The notes under the pieces: model-generated
Told to the model about the DNA's origin: nothing
The model's input: the letters and a program-made list of their open reading frames with translations, nothing else
The model's database searches: none
Assembly: GCA_963778655.1 (NCBI GenBank)
Contig: CAVZVA010000010.1
Location: 224,001 to 288,000 of the forward strand
Direction: 5' to 3'
DNA length: 64,000 bases
Source: an uncultured delta proteobacterium
GTDB taxonomy: Bacteria; Myxococcota_A; Polyangia; Polyangiales; JAFGIB01
Program-made: the position numbers and the translations under genes
Shown: positions 1 to 9,531 of the stretch, piece after piece
Layout: each line of letters begins with the position of its first letter
Numbering within the stretch: position 1 is the first letter of the stretch

Positions 1-42
1 TTATCGTTGAATTTCGTGAATGGTCTCGCGGGGGGGCAGTGG

Positions 43-80
<38 letters not shown>

Positions 81-92
81 AAGTGGGCGGAA

Positions 93-121
93 TAGATAGG
101 CAAAGAGCGGGGCGCTGTCAA
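93..121 (-). promoter_or_regulatory. sigma70-type promoter of the tRNA-Gly gene
   Basis: Minus strand TTGACA-17 bp-TATCTA, ending 12 nt before the tRNA 5' G. Confidence 0.6.
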
Positions 122-522
122 GGCGGGCGGTGGGCAGCGGATGGGCCGGGGGTGGGGGCGAACCGAGGGGGGCGGGCGCGCTGGTTGGCCGCGCCACCGG
201 CGGGCGCAAAATCGGATGCTCGCGGGGCGGCGATCAATCGGGGAGCGTCGAGACAGGCCGTTGGGCTTGCGCCGCTTTGATCCGGCGCGGGCATCGAAAC
301 ACTGCCTGGAACGTCGGCGCCTGCCGCACCTCATCGCGCAGCGCCGACGACGTGGGCCTTGCGCGCGTGCCGGCCGCAAGGCTGCAGACGCAAGCCTGCA
401 TGCGCCGGCGTCGGGGTCGCGTTGTGTGCCAATCAAGGCGGCGGCCACGAGGTCGGCGACCCCAACGTAAACGCAGCTTGGGACACGCTGTCGCGTTTTA
501 CGCTACCCTGGCGCCCGCATCC

Positions 523-993
523 ATGGCGCGCCCGAAATCCACCAAGCCCAAGGCCAAATCGCGACCAAGGCCGCCGCTCGAGCTGGGCCCGCTCGGCTCG
601 CTGGTCGGCTTCCATCTCCGCCTCGCGCAGGTCGCGGTCTACGACGACTTCATGCGCGGTGCGCCGATACGCGGGCTTACACCGGGCCAGCTCGCGATCC
701 TGGTGCTGGTGGACTCGAACCCTGGCATCACGCAGCAGCGCCTGAGCGACGGCATCCGCGTGGAGAAGTCCACGCTGGTGGTGCGCCTGCACCGGCTGGC
801 GGATCGCGGGCTGCTGCAGCGCGTGCGCTCGCAGCAAGACCGGCGTCAGAACGCGCTGGTGCTGACCAAGAAAGGCCACGCCGCGGTGCGCTCGATGCTC
901 GCGTTCGTGGCTCGACACGAGCGCAAGCTCACGGCCAGGCTATCCAGCCAGGAGCGGGCGCAGCTGATCGGCATGCTGGTTCGCATTCGCTGA
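523..993 (+). CDS. MarR family transcriptional regulator
   Basis: GLTPGQLAILVLV...GITQQRLSDGIRVEKSTLVVRLHRLADRGLLQRVRSQQDRRQNALVLTKKG winged-helix pattern. Start set at ATG 523 within ORF 130..993. Confidence 0.9.
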   Translation: MARPKSTKPKAKSRPRPPLELGPLGSLVGFHLRLAQVAVYDDFMRGAPIRGLTPGQLAILVLVDSNPGITQQRLSDGIRVEKSTLVVRLHRLADRGLLQRVRSQQDRRQNALVLTKKGHAAVRSMLAFVARHERKLTARLSSQERAQLIGMLVRIR

Positions 994-1092
994 GCGCCCG
1001 GCGACAGCCCGCGGCGTGCGGCGCGCAAGACGCCGGGCGCCCGCTCGATCCCTGGGCTGCGTCCGCGCGTGCCGACCTTCGCGGCGCGCCGA

Positions 1093-2304
1093 TCAGCGGC
1101 AGACGTCGACGCAGTTGTTGACGCGACACTGGTCGGCGACGTACGCGCGACCGAGCGGGTTATTGGTGCTCATCGCTGCCGCGTTGACGGCGAACACGTC
1201 GCCCGGGAGCGCGCCGGCCGCGCTTTCGATCTCGTGCACGCACGGCCCCTGCGGTCCTGTCGTGCCGTACCCGCAGGTGCCGGTCGTGTCGTTGCCGCAG
1301 TAGCACGGGCCGCCCACGCAGTTGTTCGCGCGGGAGCATATCAGCACGGCGTTGCACTTCGAGTCGTCGTTCTGATTGCTGTTGTCCCGGCACGCGAGGT
1401 ACTCGCTGGTACAGCTCAAGCACGTACACATCTCGCAGTCGTCCGCCGCAAAGTTCTCCAGGCAGTGCACCTGGTCCGGGGTCATCGTCAGCTTGCACTG
1501 CGAATCGCAGCCCATGGTGCCGTCGCAGGCCTCGCCGGTCTCCTTGACCCCGTTGCCGCACACCGGCGTGCAGTCGGTGTCGGTGTTGGCGTTGGCGCCT
1601 TTGGGACAGCACATGTCACCGCTGGCAACACTGGTGATTTCGGTGTGCTCGCACTGCGCGTTGCAGTTGCTCGCGCTGCCCATCAGCGTGTCCGTGGTGC
1701 ACGGGTCGTTGTCGTTGCAGTCCGCCTCGGTCGGGCAGGGCGTCGAGGAGCCGTCTTCACAGGTCTCGCCCATGTCGCTCTGCACCACGCCGTCGCCGCA
1801 GCTGCCCGAGCAATCGCTGTCGGTGTCGTGCGTGCAAGTTCCCGGACAGCAACCGTCGCCGCTCATGCAGCTCACCTGCAGCAGCACGCACTCGGCCTGA
1901 CAGCCGCTGCCGTTGAGCGCGCGCGGCGTGCAAGGTCCGAGCGCGTCGCAACTGGTCGGGCAGGCGCCAGGCATGCCGGGAAGGATGCCGATGTCGCACT
2001 TCTCGCTGCCGGTGACCTGACCGTCGCCGCAACGGGTCTGGCTCGGAAACTCGTTGGTGCTTCCGCCGTCGTTGTCACTGACACTGCCGCCCGTGCCGCC
2101 GCTCCCGCCAAAACCGCTGACGCCGCCCGTGCCGCCGGTCCCCCCGCTGCCGCCGGTCGCCTGACCGCCGGTGCCGCCCAGGCTGCTCTGGCTCTGGGCC
2201 GGCTTGAGCAGGTGTGGGTTGTACGCGCTGCACGCGCTCAGCACGCAGCACAGGCCAAGCCAGCGCCCGCAGCGCCACTGTTGCTGCCCTCTCACCCGCT
2301 GCAT
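1093..2304 (-). CDS. Cysteine-rich myxobacterial lipoprotein (CGDG/CGNG repeats)
   Basis: Lipobox-like VLSAC, Gly/Thr linker, repeated CGDG..E.CD modules and a CNDNDPCTTD repeat. Start uncertain. Confidence 0.75.
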   Translation of the reverse strand: MQRVRGQQQWRCGRWLGLCCVLSACSAYNPHLLKPAQSQSSLGGTGGQATGGSGGTGGTGGVSGFGGSGGTGGSVSDNDGGSTNEFPSQTRCGDGQVTGSEKCDIGILPGMPGACPTSCDALGPCTPRALNGSGCQAECVLLQVSCMSGDGCCPGTCTHDTDSDCSGSCGDGVVQSDMGETCEDGSSTPCPTEADCNDNDPCTTDTLMGSASNCNAQCEHTEITSVASGDMCCPKGANANTDTDCTPVCGNGVKETGEACDGTMGCDSQCKLTMTPDQVHCLENFAADDCEMCTCLSCTSEYLACRDNSNQNDDSKCNAVLICSRANNCVGGPCYCGNDTTGTCGYGTTGPQGPCVHEIESAAGALPGDVFAVNAAAMSTNNPLGRAYVADQCRVNNCVDVCR

Positions 2305-2637
2305 TGCCGCACGCCTCTGCAGACCCTCACACAGCATAGCCGTGTGTCGGCTCGATGCCCAGTCCCACGTAGGTAACCCGTTGGCTAACAAGACACATGG
2401 TTAGCTCGACTAATGAATGTGCTTGAGCTTGTCGGATAAGTCGGGATCCTCCACGAAGGCGGCCATCTGGGCGCTAGGGGTCCAAAGCCATGGACTGCGG
2501 GTAGCCCATCGCGGGTCGCCGTGTGGGCTGTGCCACCCTTCCGGTACCGGCGGTCAAAGCGCTCGCGCCCGGCCGGAGCCGGTCTGCCGCGCTCCCGATC
2601 GAGGCCGTGAAGCGTGCTGCGCAGCCTGCCGCAGCCC

Positions 2638-4224
2638 TCACTGCGGGCGGATGCCGTCGGCGGGCAGCAAGCGCGCCGCCCAGTAGCTCGGGATCAGCGT
2701 GGCCGTGACGCAGATCGACAGCGCGATCGCGATCGTAAACAGGAACTCGCTCGGGCTCACGCGCACCGGCAGGTGGTTGATCAGATACACCTTGGGATCG
2801 AGCGGAAAGCGAAAGACGCTCAGGTACGCGCACACCACGCCGCCCAGTACCAGCCCGACCAGCGTGCCCACCACGCCGATCGCGGCGCCCTGGATCATGA
2901 ACATCTGCAGCACCGCGCTGTCCTTGGCGCCCATGGCCTTGAGAATCGCCACCTCGCGCCGCTTCTCCAGCACGATCATGATGAGCGTGGCGATCACGTT
3001 GAACGCAGCCACCAAGATGATGGTGGCGATCACCAAGCTCAGCATCACCTTCTGCACCTCGAGCGCGGTGAACAGGTTGTGGTTGAGCTCCTTCCAATCC
3101 ATGGTGTGGAAGGGGCCGCCGCCCAGCTCGCGCTCCAAGCGCAGCGCCACCTGGCTCGCCTTGTCGATGTCCTTGAGCCGGATCTCGACGCCGACCACGG
3201 TGTCGCCCTGGTCCTGGAAGATCTGCGCTTCGTACAGGTCCATATAGACCAGCCGGCTGTCGTACTCCTGAAAGCCGGCCTGGAAGATCCCGATCACGCG
3301 GAAGTCGCGCGAGGTCGGCTTGCCGCCGTCGGCCTTCCACAATGCGGTGTCCAGACCGGTGAGTGGCGAGACGATCTTGACCCGATCGCCCACCTTGATG
3401 CCGAGGCTTTGGGCCAGGGTCACGCCCACCACCACGCCGGGCAGCTCGTGCTCGGGCTCGCTCGGCGTCTCCGGCGCGCTCTGCTCGAGCAGCCGCGCTT
3501 CTTCCTCGTCGCTCGGCAGCGCGCCGAGCTCGCCCTGCGCCAACGCCGCCTGCGCCTCGGCCGGCGTCGGCACGTGAACCGCCGGCGCGCCGCCACCGCC
3601 ACCGCCGGCCACCGCCGCGGCCGCGGTCCCGGCCGGGCCGCCGCTGCTTGCGGCTCGCGGAGCGGGCCCGGCATCGCCCGGCGGCGGACCCGCGTCGGCC
3701 GCGCCCGCGGCGAGCTTGCTCAGGTACGCGTCGAGGTCCTGATCCTCGCCGGGCCCGACCTGCGCCTCTAGGTCCTGGGCCCGGGTGGCTGGCCGCGCGC
3801 CGGGCAGGCGCAGGCCTTTGAGCGAGCCGGCCACCAGCTGGCTGGGCAGGTCGAGCACCCCGCGCATCTGCTGCGGGTCCACGCCCTTGATCAACACGCC
3901 GCTGAGACGGTCGCCCTTGGCGAGCATCATCTCGTTGATGATGAAAGGTGCGGCGCCCACGACCTCGGGCATCTTGCGCGCACGCGCCACCACGTCTCGG
4001 TACTCGTCGAAGTCGAGCCCGTACTTGAGCACCAGCACGTGGGCATTGACCCCCAGCACCTTGTTGCGGAACTCCTCTTGAAAGCCGGAGGTAATGGAGA
4101 CGACGGATAAAAGCGCCGCCACGCCCAGCGCCACGCCCGTCACGGCGATCACGGAGATCACCGAGACAGTGGCCCGCTTCTTGGAGCGCAGGTAGCGCAG
4201 GCCGACGTCGAACGCGTAGGACAT
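2638..4224 (-). CDS. LolC/E-family lipoprotein-releasing ABC transporter permease
   Basis: N-terminal GLRYLRSKK..VSVISVIAVTGVALGVAAL, C-terminal LVAAFNVIATLIMIVLEKRREVAILKAMGA and VYLINHLPV motifs. Confidence 0.9.
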   Translation of the reverse strand: MSYAFDVGLRYLRSKKRATVSVISVIAVTGVALGVAALLSVVSITSGFQEEFRNKVLGVNAHVLVLKYGLDFDEYRDVVARARKMPEVVGAAPFIINEMMLAKGDRLSGVLIKGVDPQQMRGVLDLPSQLVAGSLKGLRLPGARPATRAQDLEAQVGPGEDQDLDAYLSKLAAGAADAGPPPGDAGPAPRAASSGGPAGTAAAAVAGGGGGGAPAVHVPTPAEAQAALAQGELGALPSDEEEARLLEQSAPETPSEPEHELPGVVVGVTLAQSLGIKVGDRVKIVSPLTGLDTALWKADGGKPTSRDFRVIGIFQAGFQEYDSRLVYMDLYEAQIFQDQGDTVVGVEIRLKDIDKASQVALRLERELGGGPFHTMDWKELNHNLFTALEVQKVMLSLVIATIILVAAFNVIATLIMIVLEKRREVAILKAMGAKDSAVLQMFMIQGAAIGVVGTLVGLVLGGVVCAYLSVFRFPLDPKVYLINHLPVRVSPSEFLFTIAIALSICVTATLIPSYWAARLLPADGIRPQ

Positions 4225-4318
4225 GCGCGCCCTGTAACACGGCCGTCCCAGCGCAGCCAGCGGCGGCGTCGCGTGCCTGAAGCTGGCCGCGGCTACCCCC
4301 CGACGCTATGCTTCCTAC

Positions 4319-6070
4319 ATGGGTCTTCGCTTGCTTCGCGGGCAGCCTGAGGCTGCGCTGGCGGTGCTGGCAGCGCTCGGCTGTGGCTGTGCGGCGAGCC
4401 AGAGCCCCGCCAACCCCCAGAGCGCCCCCGCGGGCACGGAGTTCAGCTCACCGCGCGCGAGCGGGCCCGCGCCGGGAAGCGCCCAGCTCACGCTGAAGAC
4501 CGACACGCCGGTGCGGCTCGGTTTCAAGGAGCAGAGCACGATCGACGTGCTGCTCACCAATGCCGACGACACGCCGGTCACCGGCGGCCACGTCAGCTTC
4601 GCGCTGGTCGGCCGCGCGCAGGACTCGAGCCTGGCGAAGCTCGACGCCGACGTGGACGAGAACGGCATCGCCGAAAACACCCTGATCGCCGGCAAGATGA
4701 CGGCCACCTTCCGCGTGCGCATCTCCGCGCCGGGCGCCTACGACACCTTCGTCGACGTCGCGGTCAGCGACGCCGGCTTCGGCACGCTGAGCGTCGACGC
4801 GCCCTATACTGGCCAGCGCCCGGTGGCCCAGCGCATCGTCTTCGCCCAGGCCAACATGCGCTGCATGCAATCGGCGCGCATGGCCGGCGACCCGATGGTC
4901 GCGCTCAGCGGCAGCGACGCGGTGGCGCGCTTCCTGGCGCTGCCCGCGGCCGTGAGCTACGCGGTCACGGTCGAGGCGCAGAGCAAGGACGGCACGGTGG
5001 TGGCCCGCGGCTGCACCGATCAGGTGATGGTGAAGGCCGACAGCGAGGTGATGGTCAGCATCGATTACAAGGACGAGCCGCTGCAGCTCTCCGGGCAGTA
5101 CGCGCTGCAGGCGGACCTCGACTCGAGCGCGCCGGCCATCACGCTCTCGAACACGCTGCGCAGCGCCGCCGAGTCGGCGGTCAACAACGACGCGCAGGGT
5201 CAGCCCGCGCCCACCGACGCCGAGGGCCGCTTCCTGCTGGACTCGCTCGACGGCACGCTGCGCAGCGACGCCTACGCCTCGCTGCCGGGCATCGCCGCGC
5301 TGACCACGGCGCTGTCGCAGGCGCGCATGGACGCCTCCAACGCCGCGACAACCTCGCCCGAGCACTCGCTGCAAGCGCTGCTCGCGGTCAACGGCGAAGG
5401 GCCGCTGTCGGCGGCGGCGCGCATGTCCGAGCTCACCGACCGCAGTCTGAGCACCACCCACCTGGTGGCCACGGTGACGCTTTCGGGCAAGGACAGCGCG
5501 AACCCGCTGAGCTGGCGCGCGCAGCGCATCGACGCCTCGCCCATCGCCACCGGCGCCGGTGCGCCCTCGGTGGACCTGTCGGCGCTGCCGCAGAGCGCGG
5601 TCACCGACGCGAGCTTCATGTCCGACAGCGACTCGATCGAGCTGAGCTCGGTGCGCTTCGACGCGCAGCTCGGCGCGCTTTCGGTGCAGGCCTTGAACAA
5701 AGTGGTCTCCTCGGACAAGGGTGGCGACGGCGACGAGATTCGCGCCATGGTCGGCTGCGCCACGCTCTCGGAATGGCTCGGGGGGCAGAGCTACGGCCAG
5801 GCGGGCGCCTGCGACGCCGACTGCGTGCAGGCGGCGTGCGACCGCGCGATCGCACGTCTGGTCGGCGCGGCCCAGACGGCGCTCGGCGCGCTCGACGACA
5901 CGCGCCCCACGCTCACCCTGAGCGGAGAGCTCTCGCTGAGCGACGAAAATGGCGACCTGGTGCCGGAACGGTTGAGCGCGCAGATGCTGACCGGGCAGTG
6001 GGATCCGGCGCCCACCGCGAGCCAGGGCGATGCGGTGTCGGGCGCGGCGGACGCCACCGCGACGCCCTGA
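4319..6070 (+). CDS. Hypothetical lipoprotein with probable Ig-like N-terminal domain
   Basis: 583-aa ORF with coding-like composition, LAALGC lipobox-like signal and a beta-rich N-terminal region. Confidence 0.65.
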   Translation: MGLRLLRGQPEAALAVLAALGCGCAASQSPANPQSAPAGTEFSSPRASGPAPGSAQLTLKTDTPVRLGFKEQSTIDVLLTNADDTPVTGGHVSFALVGRAQDSSLAKLDADVDENGIAENTLIAGKMTATFRVRISAPGAYDTFVDVAVSDAGFGTLSVDAPYTGQRPVAQRIVFAQANMRCMQSARMAGDPMVALSGSDAVARFLALPAAVSYAVTVEAQSKDGTVVARGCTDQVMVKADSEVMVSIDYKDEPLQLSGQYALQADLDSSAPAITLSNTLRSAAESAVNNDAQGQPAPTDAEGRFLLDSLDGTLRSDAYASLPGIAALTTALSQARMDASNAATTSPEHSLQALLAVNGEGPLSAAARMSELTDRSLSTTHLVATVTLSGKDSANPLSWRAQRIDASPIATGAGAPSVDLSALPQSAVTDASFMSDSDSIELSSVRFDAQLGALSVQALNKVVSSDKGGDGDEIRAMVGCATLSEWLGGQSYGQAGACDADCVQAACDRAIARLVGAAQTALGALDDTRPTLTLSGELSLSDENGDLVPERLSAQMLTGQWDPAPTASQGDAVSGAADATATP

Positions 6071-6187
6071 CGCGGCTCTCATGAGCCGCCCCGGGCCTGA
6101 CGGGGACGGAAAGCCGGCAAGCACGGCTACATTCCTTCTTCCCTACTGCCCGTCTTCCTGTGACTCTCCCGGCAGAGCGGGCGAGCC

Positions 6188-6655
6188 ATGGCCGGACAGC
6201 GTTACAGATGGGAGGCGGTGCAGAGCTTGCGGCAAAGCGAGCGCGCCGGCGCCCAGCGCGGCCTGGCGCAAGCCCGCGCCGACGAGCAGCGCGCCGCCGC
6301 CGAGCTCGCAGAGCTGGAGCACGCGCTGCACGCGCACCTCGCGAGCGCGCCGCACGTGCAGCCGGCGAGCCAGCAACGGCTGAGCGCGCGCGAGCTGCAA
6401 CGCGAGGCGGCCTTTGCACGGCGGCACGCCGAGCGCGCGCGGCAGCTGCGCGAGCACCTGGCGCAGGCCCACGACCGCGTGCAGACCGCGCAAGCCACGA
6501 GCCAGCACGCGCAAGCCGCGCTCGCGCAGGCGCGCGCGGGCGAGCACGTGGTCGAGCGCGACCGCGAGCGCTGGCAGAGCGAGCGCCGTCGCGAGCGCGA
6601 GCAGGACGAGCAGGGCGAGCAGGACGAGCGCACGCGCGTGCGCAGCGGTTCGTAG
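6188..6655 (+). CDS. FliJ/SctO(YscO)-like coiled-coil protein
   Basis: 155 aa, all-helical. N-terminal RYRWEAVQSLR..E..A...LA and C-terminal E..VERDRE.W..E...E.EQ.EQDE patterns resemble FliJ/YscO. Confidence 0.55.
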   Translation: MAGQRYRWEAVQSLRQSERAGAQRGLAQARADEQRAAAELAELEHALHAHLASAPHVQPASQQRLSARELQREAAFARRHAERARQLREHLAQAHDRVQTAQATSQHAQAALAQARAGEHVVERDRERWQSERRREREQDEQGEQDERTRVRSGS

Positions 6656-6690
6656 CCCGGTCCGGGCTGCGAGCCGCCGCGCTCGCTGCT

Positions 6691-7002
6691 CTTGTTACCG
6701 GGAGGATCACGCGACCCTCCCGCCCCACCGGCCAAGCCGTTGGGCCCCCTCCCTCCCGCGAGGGTCGCTGCGCTTCCGCGTGGCCCCAACCACGCTTGTT
6801 ACCGCGAGGGTCACGCGACCCTCCCGCCCCACCGGCCAAGCCGTTGGGGCCCCTCCCTCCCGCGAGGGTCGCTGCGCTTCCGCGTGGCCCCAACCACGCT
6901 TGTTACCGCGAGGGTCACGCGACCCTCCCGCCCCACCGGCCAAGCCGTTGGGGCCCCACCTTCCCGCGAGGGTCGCTGCGCTTCCGCGTGGCCCCAACCA
7001 CG
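6691..7002 (+). repeat. 3 x 104-bp tandem repeat with internal hairpins (REP/PATE-like family)
   Basis: Near-identical units at 6691-6794, 6795-6898 and 6899-7002, each starting CTTGTTACCG. Contains AGGGTC-ACGC-GACCCT and GTTGGGGCC...GGCCCCAAC inverted repeats. Confidence 0.95.
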
Positions 7003-7102
7003 CTCAGTCGTGCGAATCGATGCGTTCGAGGCCGCTCGCGCAGGCGAGCTGGACGGTCCCGCCAACTTGCGTCGCGGGGGCGTCTTACCTAGTCTGACGG
7101 CG

Positions 7103-9463
7103 ATGCGGGCGAAGAGGGCGAGGGTGCTCGGCCTGCTCGCGGCGGCGGTGTTGCTGGCGCCGCGCGCGCAGCGCTCGGGTGCGTTCGCCGAAGCAGACGC
7201 GCCGCCCGAGCCGCCCCCGGCCCCGTCGCCGCCGCCCGCGCGGCCGCCGCCGCCGCTCGGCGATGCGGCCAGCGGGTACGACCCGGCGTGCGTGCAGCTC
7301 GACCCGGCGAGCCCCGAGCAGCGCATGCGCGACGCGCTGGCTGAGGGCGACAAGGAGCAGGCGCGCGTGCTGGGCGAGGCCGCGCTGGCAGGCGCGGATC
7401 CCGAAGCGCGCGGGCGACTGCTGTGGCTGCTCTCGCAGGCCGAGCCGAGCGAGGAGGCCAGCGAGAGCCAGCTCGCGGCGCTGTCGGTCAGCGCGCACCA
7501 GCTCGCGCGCTGGGCAGCGCTGCGCTTGGGGGAGAGCCTGCTGGCGGCGAAGCCAGCCGAAGCGGCCAAGACCGCGGCCAACCTGACCGCGGGCTGGCCG
7601 GGCGCGCACGAGGCCCGCGTGCTGCTGGCGCGCGCCTATCACATGAGCGGCCAGGACGCCGCCGCCGAGCCGCTGTTGCGCGCGCTGCTGGCGCAGGCCT
7701 CGGATCACGCCGCGGCCGCCGCGGTGGCGTTGCCGCTGGCCGACATCATGGCCGACCGCGGGACCAAGGACAGCCTGCGTGAGGCGCTGCAGCTCTACCG
7801 CCGCGTGGGCGCGCGTGCAGCCGGCACCACGCTGGGCGAGCGGGCCGACGCGCTCGCGAGCAAGCTCTGGAAGCGCATGCCGCGACGCGCGCGCGCGGGG
7901 CTGTGGGCGCCCGATCCGGACGACGAGCTGGCGCGCGGCCAAGCGTTGATGCACCGCCACCGTTACGCGCAGGCGCAGCGCGTGTACGAGAAGCTGGCGG
8001 CTCGCGCCGGACGCGATGCGGCGCTGCGCTGCCAGGCGGGCCTGCAGGTGGGGCGCGCGCTGTACTCGGGGCGCGAGCGCGAGCAAGCGGCCAAGCGCCT
8101 CGACCGGCTGGCGCGCCGCTGCAAGGACCCCGAGATCAAGGCCTGGGCGCGCTACTACGCCGGCAGCGCGCGCCAGCGCACCGCCGACCCCAAGGGCGCG
8201 ATCGCCGAGTACGAAGCGCTGGTGCGCGAGGTGCCGCAGCACTCGCTCGCGGACGACGCGCTGCTGCGCGAGGCCGACGCGCTGCGCGACGCCGATGACG
8301 CGCCGGCGGCGCGCCGCACGCTGGAGCGGCTGCTCGACCGCTATCCGCACGGCGACATGCACGCGCAGGCACGCTTCGCACTGGCGCTTGACGCACACGA
8401 CCGCGGCGACCACAGCGCGGCGCTGGAGCAGCTGGAGCAGCTGCGCGGCGACGACGACGACGCCTCGGTGGAGGGCCGCGAGGGACGCAGCGACTACTGG
8501 CGCGCGCGCACGCTGCAGGCGCTCGGGCGGCTCGACCAGGCCAAGGCCGCGTACACCGAGCTGGTGCGCGCGTGGCCGCTCAGCTACCACGCGCAGCAGG
8601 CGCTGGCGCGGCTGCACGAGCTCGACCCCGCGGCGGAGGCCGCGCTGCTCGGCGAGCTCGCGGACGCGGATGCGCCCGAGCAGCCGCTGCGCTTCGCCTG
8701 GCGCGCGGAGCTGGAAGCGCCGGGCTTCCGCACCGCGGTGGAGCTACTGCGCGTGGGCGAGGCCGACCTGGCGCAGCGCGAGCTGAACGCGCTCGGCCTG
8801 CTCAAGCGCGGCGCGGACCCCGAGCTGCTGTGGCTGGTGGCCGCAACCCTGCACGAGGCGCGCGCGTACACGGACGCCAGCCGGCTGGTGCGCGGCCGGC
8901 TGCGCTCGTTCCGCACGCAGCTGCCGCGGGGGCGCGAGCACCAGCTGTGGCGCATCGCCTATCCGCTGGCGTTCAGCCCGCTGATCGAGCAGGTCGCGGG
9001 CGAGGCCCACGTGCCGCCGGAGCTGGTGCGCGCGATCGCGCGCGAGGAGAGCGACTTCAATCCCGAGGCGGTGAGCCCGGCGCTGGCCTACGGCCTGATC
9101 CAGGTGATCGTGCCGACCGCGCGCGTGCACGCCAAGCCGCTCGGGCTGCCGAGCGATCCCGACTCGCTCAAGCGCCCCGAGGTCAACCTGCGCATCGGAG
9201 CCCACTTCATCGAGGATCTGCTGCAGCGCTACGGCTCCGACGCGGCGATCGTGCCGGCCGCCTACAACGCCGGCCACTTGGCGGCCGACCGCTGGCTGCG
9301 CGAAGGCCAGCAGCGGCAGCTAGACGAGTGGATCGAGCACATTCCCTACCGCGAGACGCGGCGCTACACGCGACGCGTGCTGCAGTCCTACGGCATCTAC
9401 TGCTGGCTCGACCACGGCAAGCTGAAGCCGCTACCGGCGGCGCTGCCTGCGGCCGCGATGTAA
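7103..9463 (+). CDS. Soluble lytic murein transglycosylase (SLT domain) with TPR repeats
   Basis: Signal peptide, TPR-like helices, C-terminal AIAREESDF, AYGLIQV, AAYNAG and IPYRETRRY SLT motifs. Confidence 0.9.
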   Translation: MRAKRARVLGLLAAAVLLAPRAQRSGAFAEADAPPEPPPAPSPPPARPPPPLGDAASGYDPACVQLDPASPEQRMRDALAEGDKEQARVLGEAALAGADPEARGRLLWLLSQAEPSEEASESQLAALSVSAHQLARWAALRLGESLLAAKPAEAAKTAANLTAGWPGAHEARVLLARAYHMSGQDAAAEPLLRALLAQASDHAAAAAVALPLADIMADRGTKDSLREALQLYRRVGARAAGTTLGERADALASKLWKRMPRRARAGLWAPDPDDELARGQALMHRHRYAQAQRVYEKLAARAGRDAALRCQAGLQVGRALYSGREREQAAKRLDRLARRCKDPEIKAWARYYAGSARQRTADPKGAIAEYEALVREVPQHSLADDALLREADALRDADDAPAARRTLERLLDRYPHGDMHAQARFALALDAHDRGDHSAALEQLEQLRGDDDDASVEGREGRSDYWRARTLQALGRLDQAKAAYTELVRAWPLSYHAQQALARLHELDPAAEAALLGELADADAPEQPLRFAWRAELEAPGFRTAVELLRVGEADLAQRELNALGLLKRGADPELLWLVAATLHEARAYTDASRLVRGRLRSFRTQLPRGREHQLWRIAYPLAFSPLIEQVAGEAHVPPELVRAIAREESDFNPEAVSPALAYGLIQVIVPTARVHAKPLGLPSDPDSLKRPEVNLRIGAHFIEDLLQRYGSDAAIVPAAYNAGHLAADRWLREGQQRQLDEWIEHIPYRETRRYTRRVLQSYGIYCWLDHGKLKPLPAALPAAAM

Positions 9464-9531
9464 GGCAGCGCAGTCGGCGGCTCTTGCCGTCTTCTCGCTT
9501 TCCTGTTGTCTTGAAATTCGGTGGGCGGCGA

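Noticed and set aside
6691..7002. CRISPR array
   Set aside because: Units are contiguous 104-bp copies with no unique spacers, and there are no cas genes in the window.
6692..7102. N-terminal extension of the SLT ORF (923 aa)
   Set aside because: It is read-through of the non-coding repeat; the signal peptide starts at ATG 7103.
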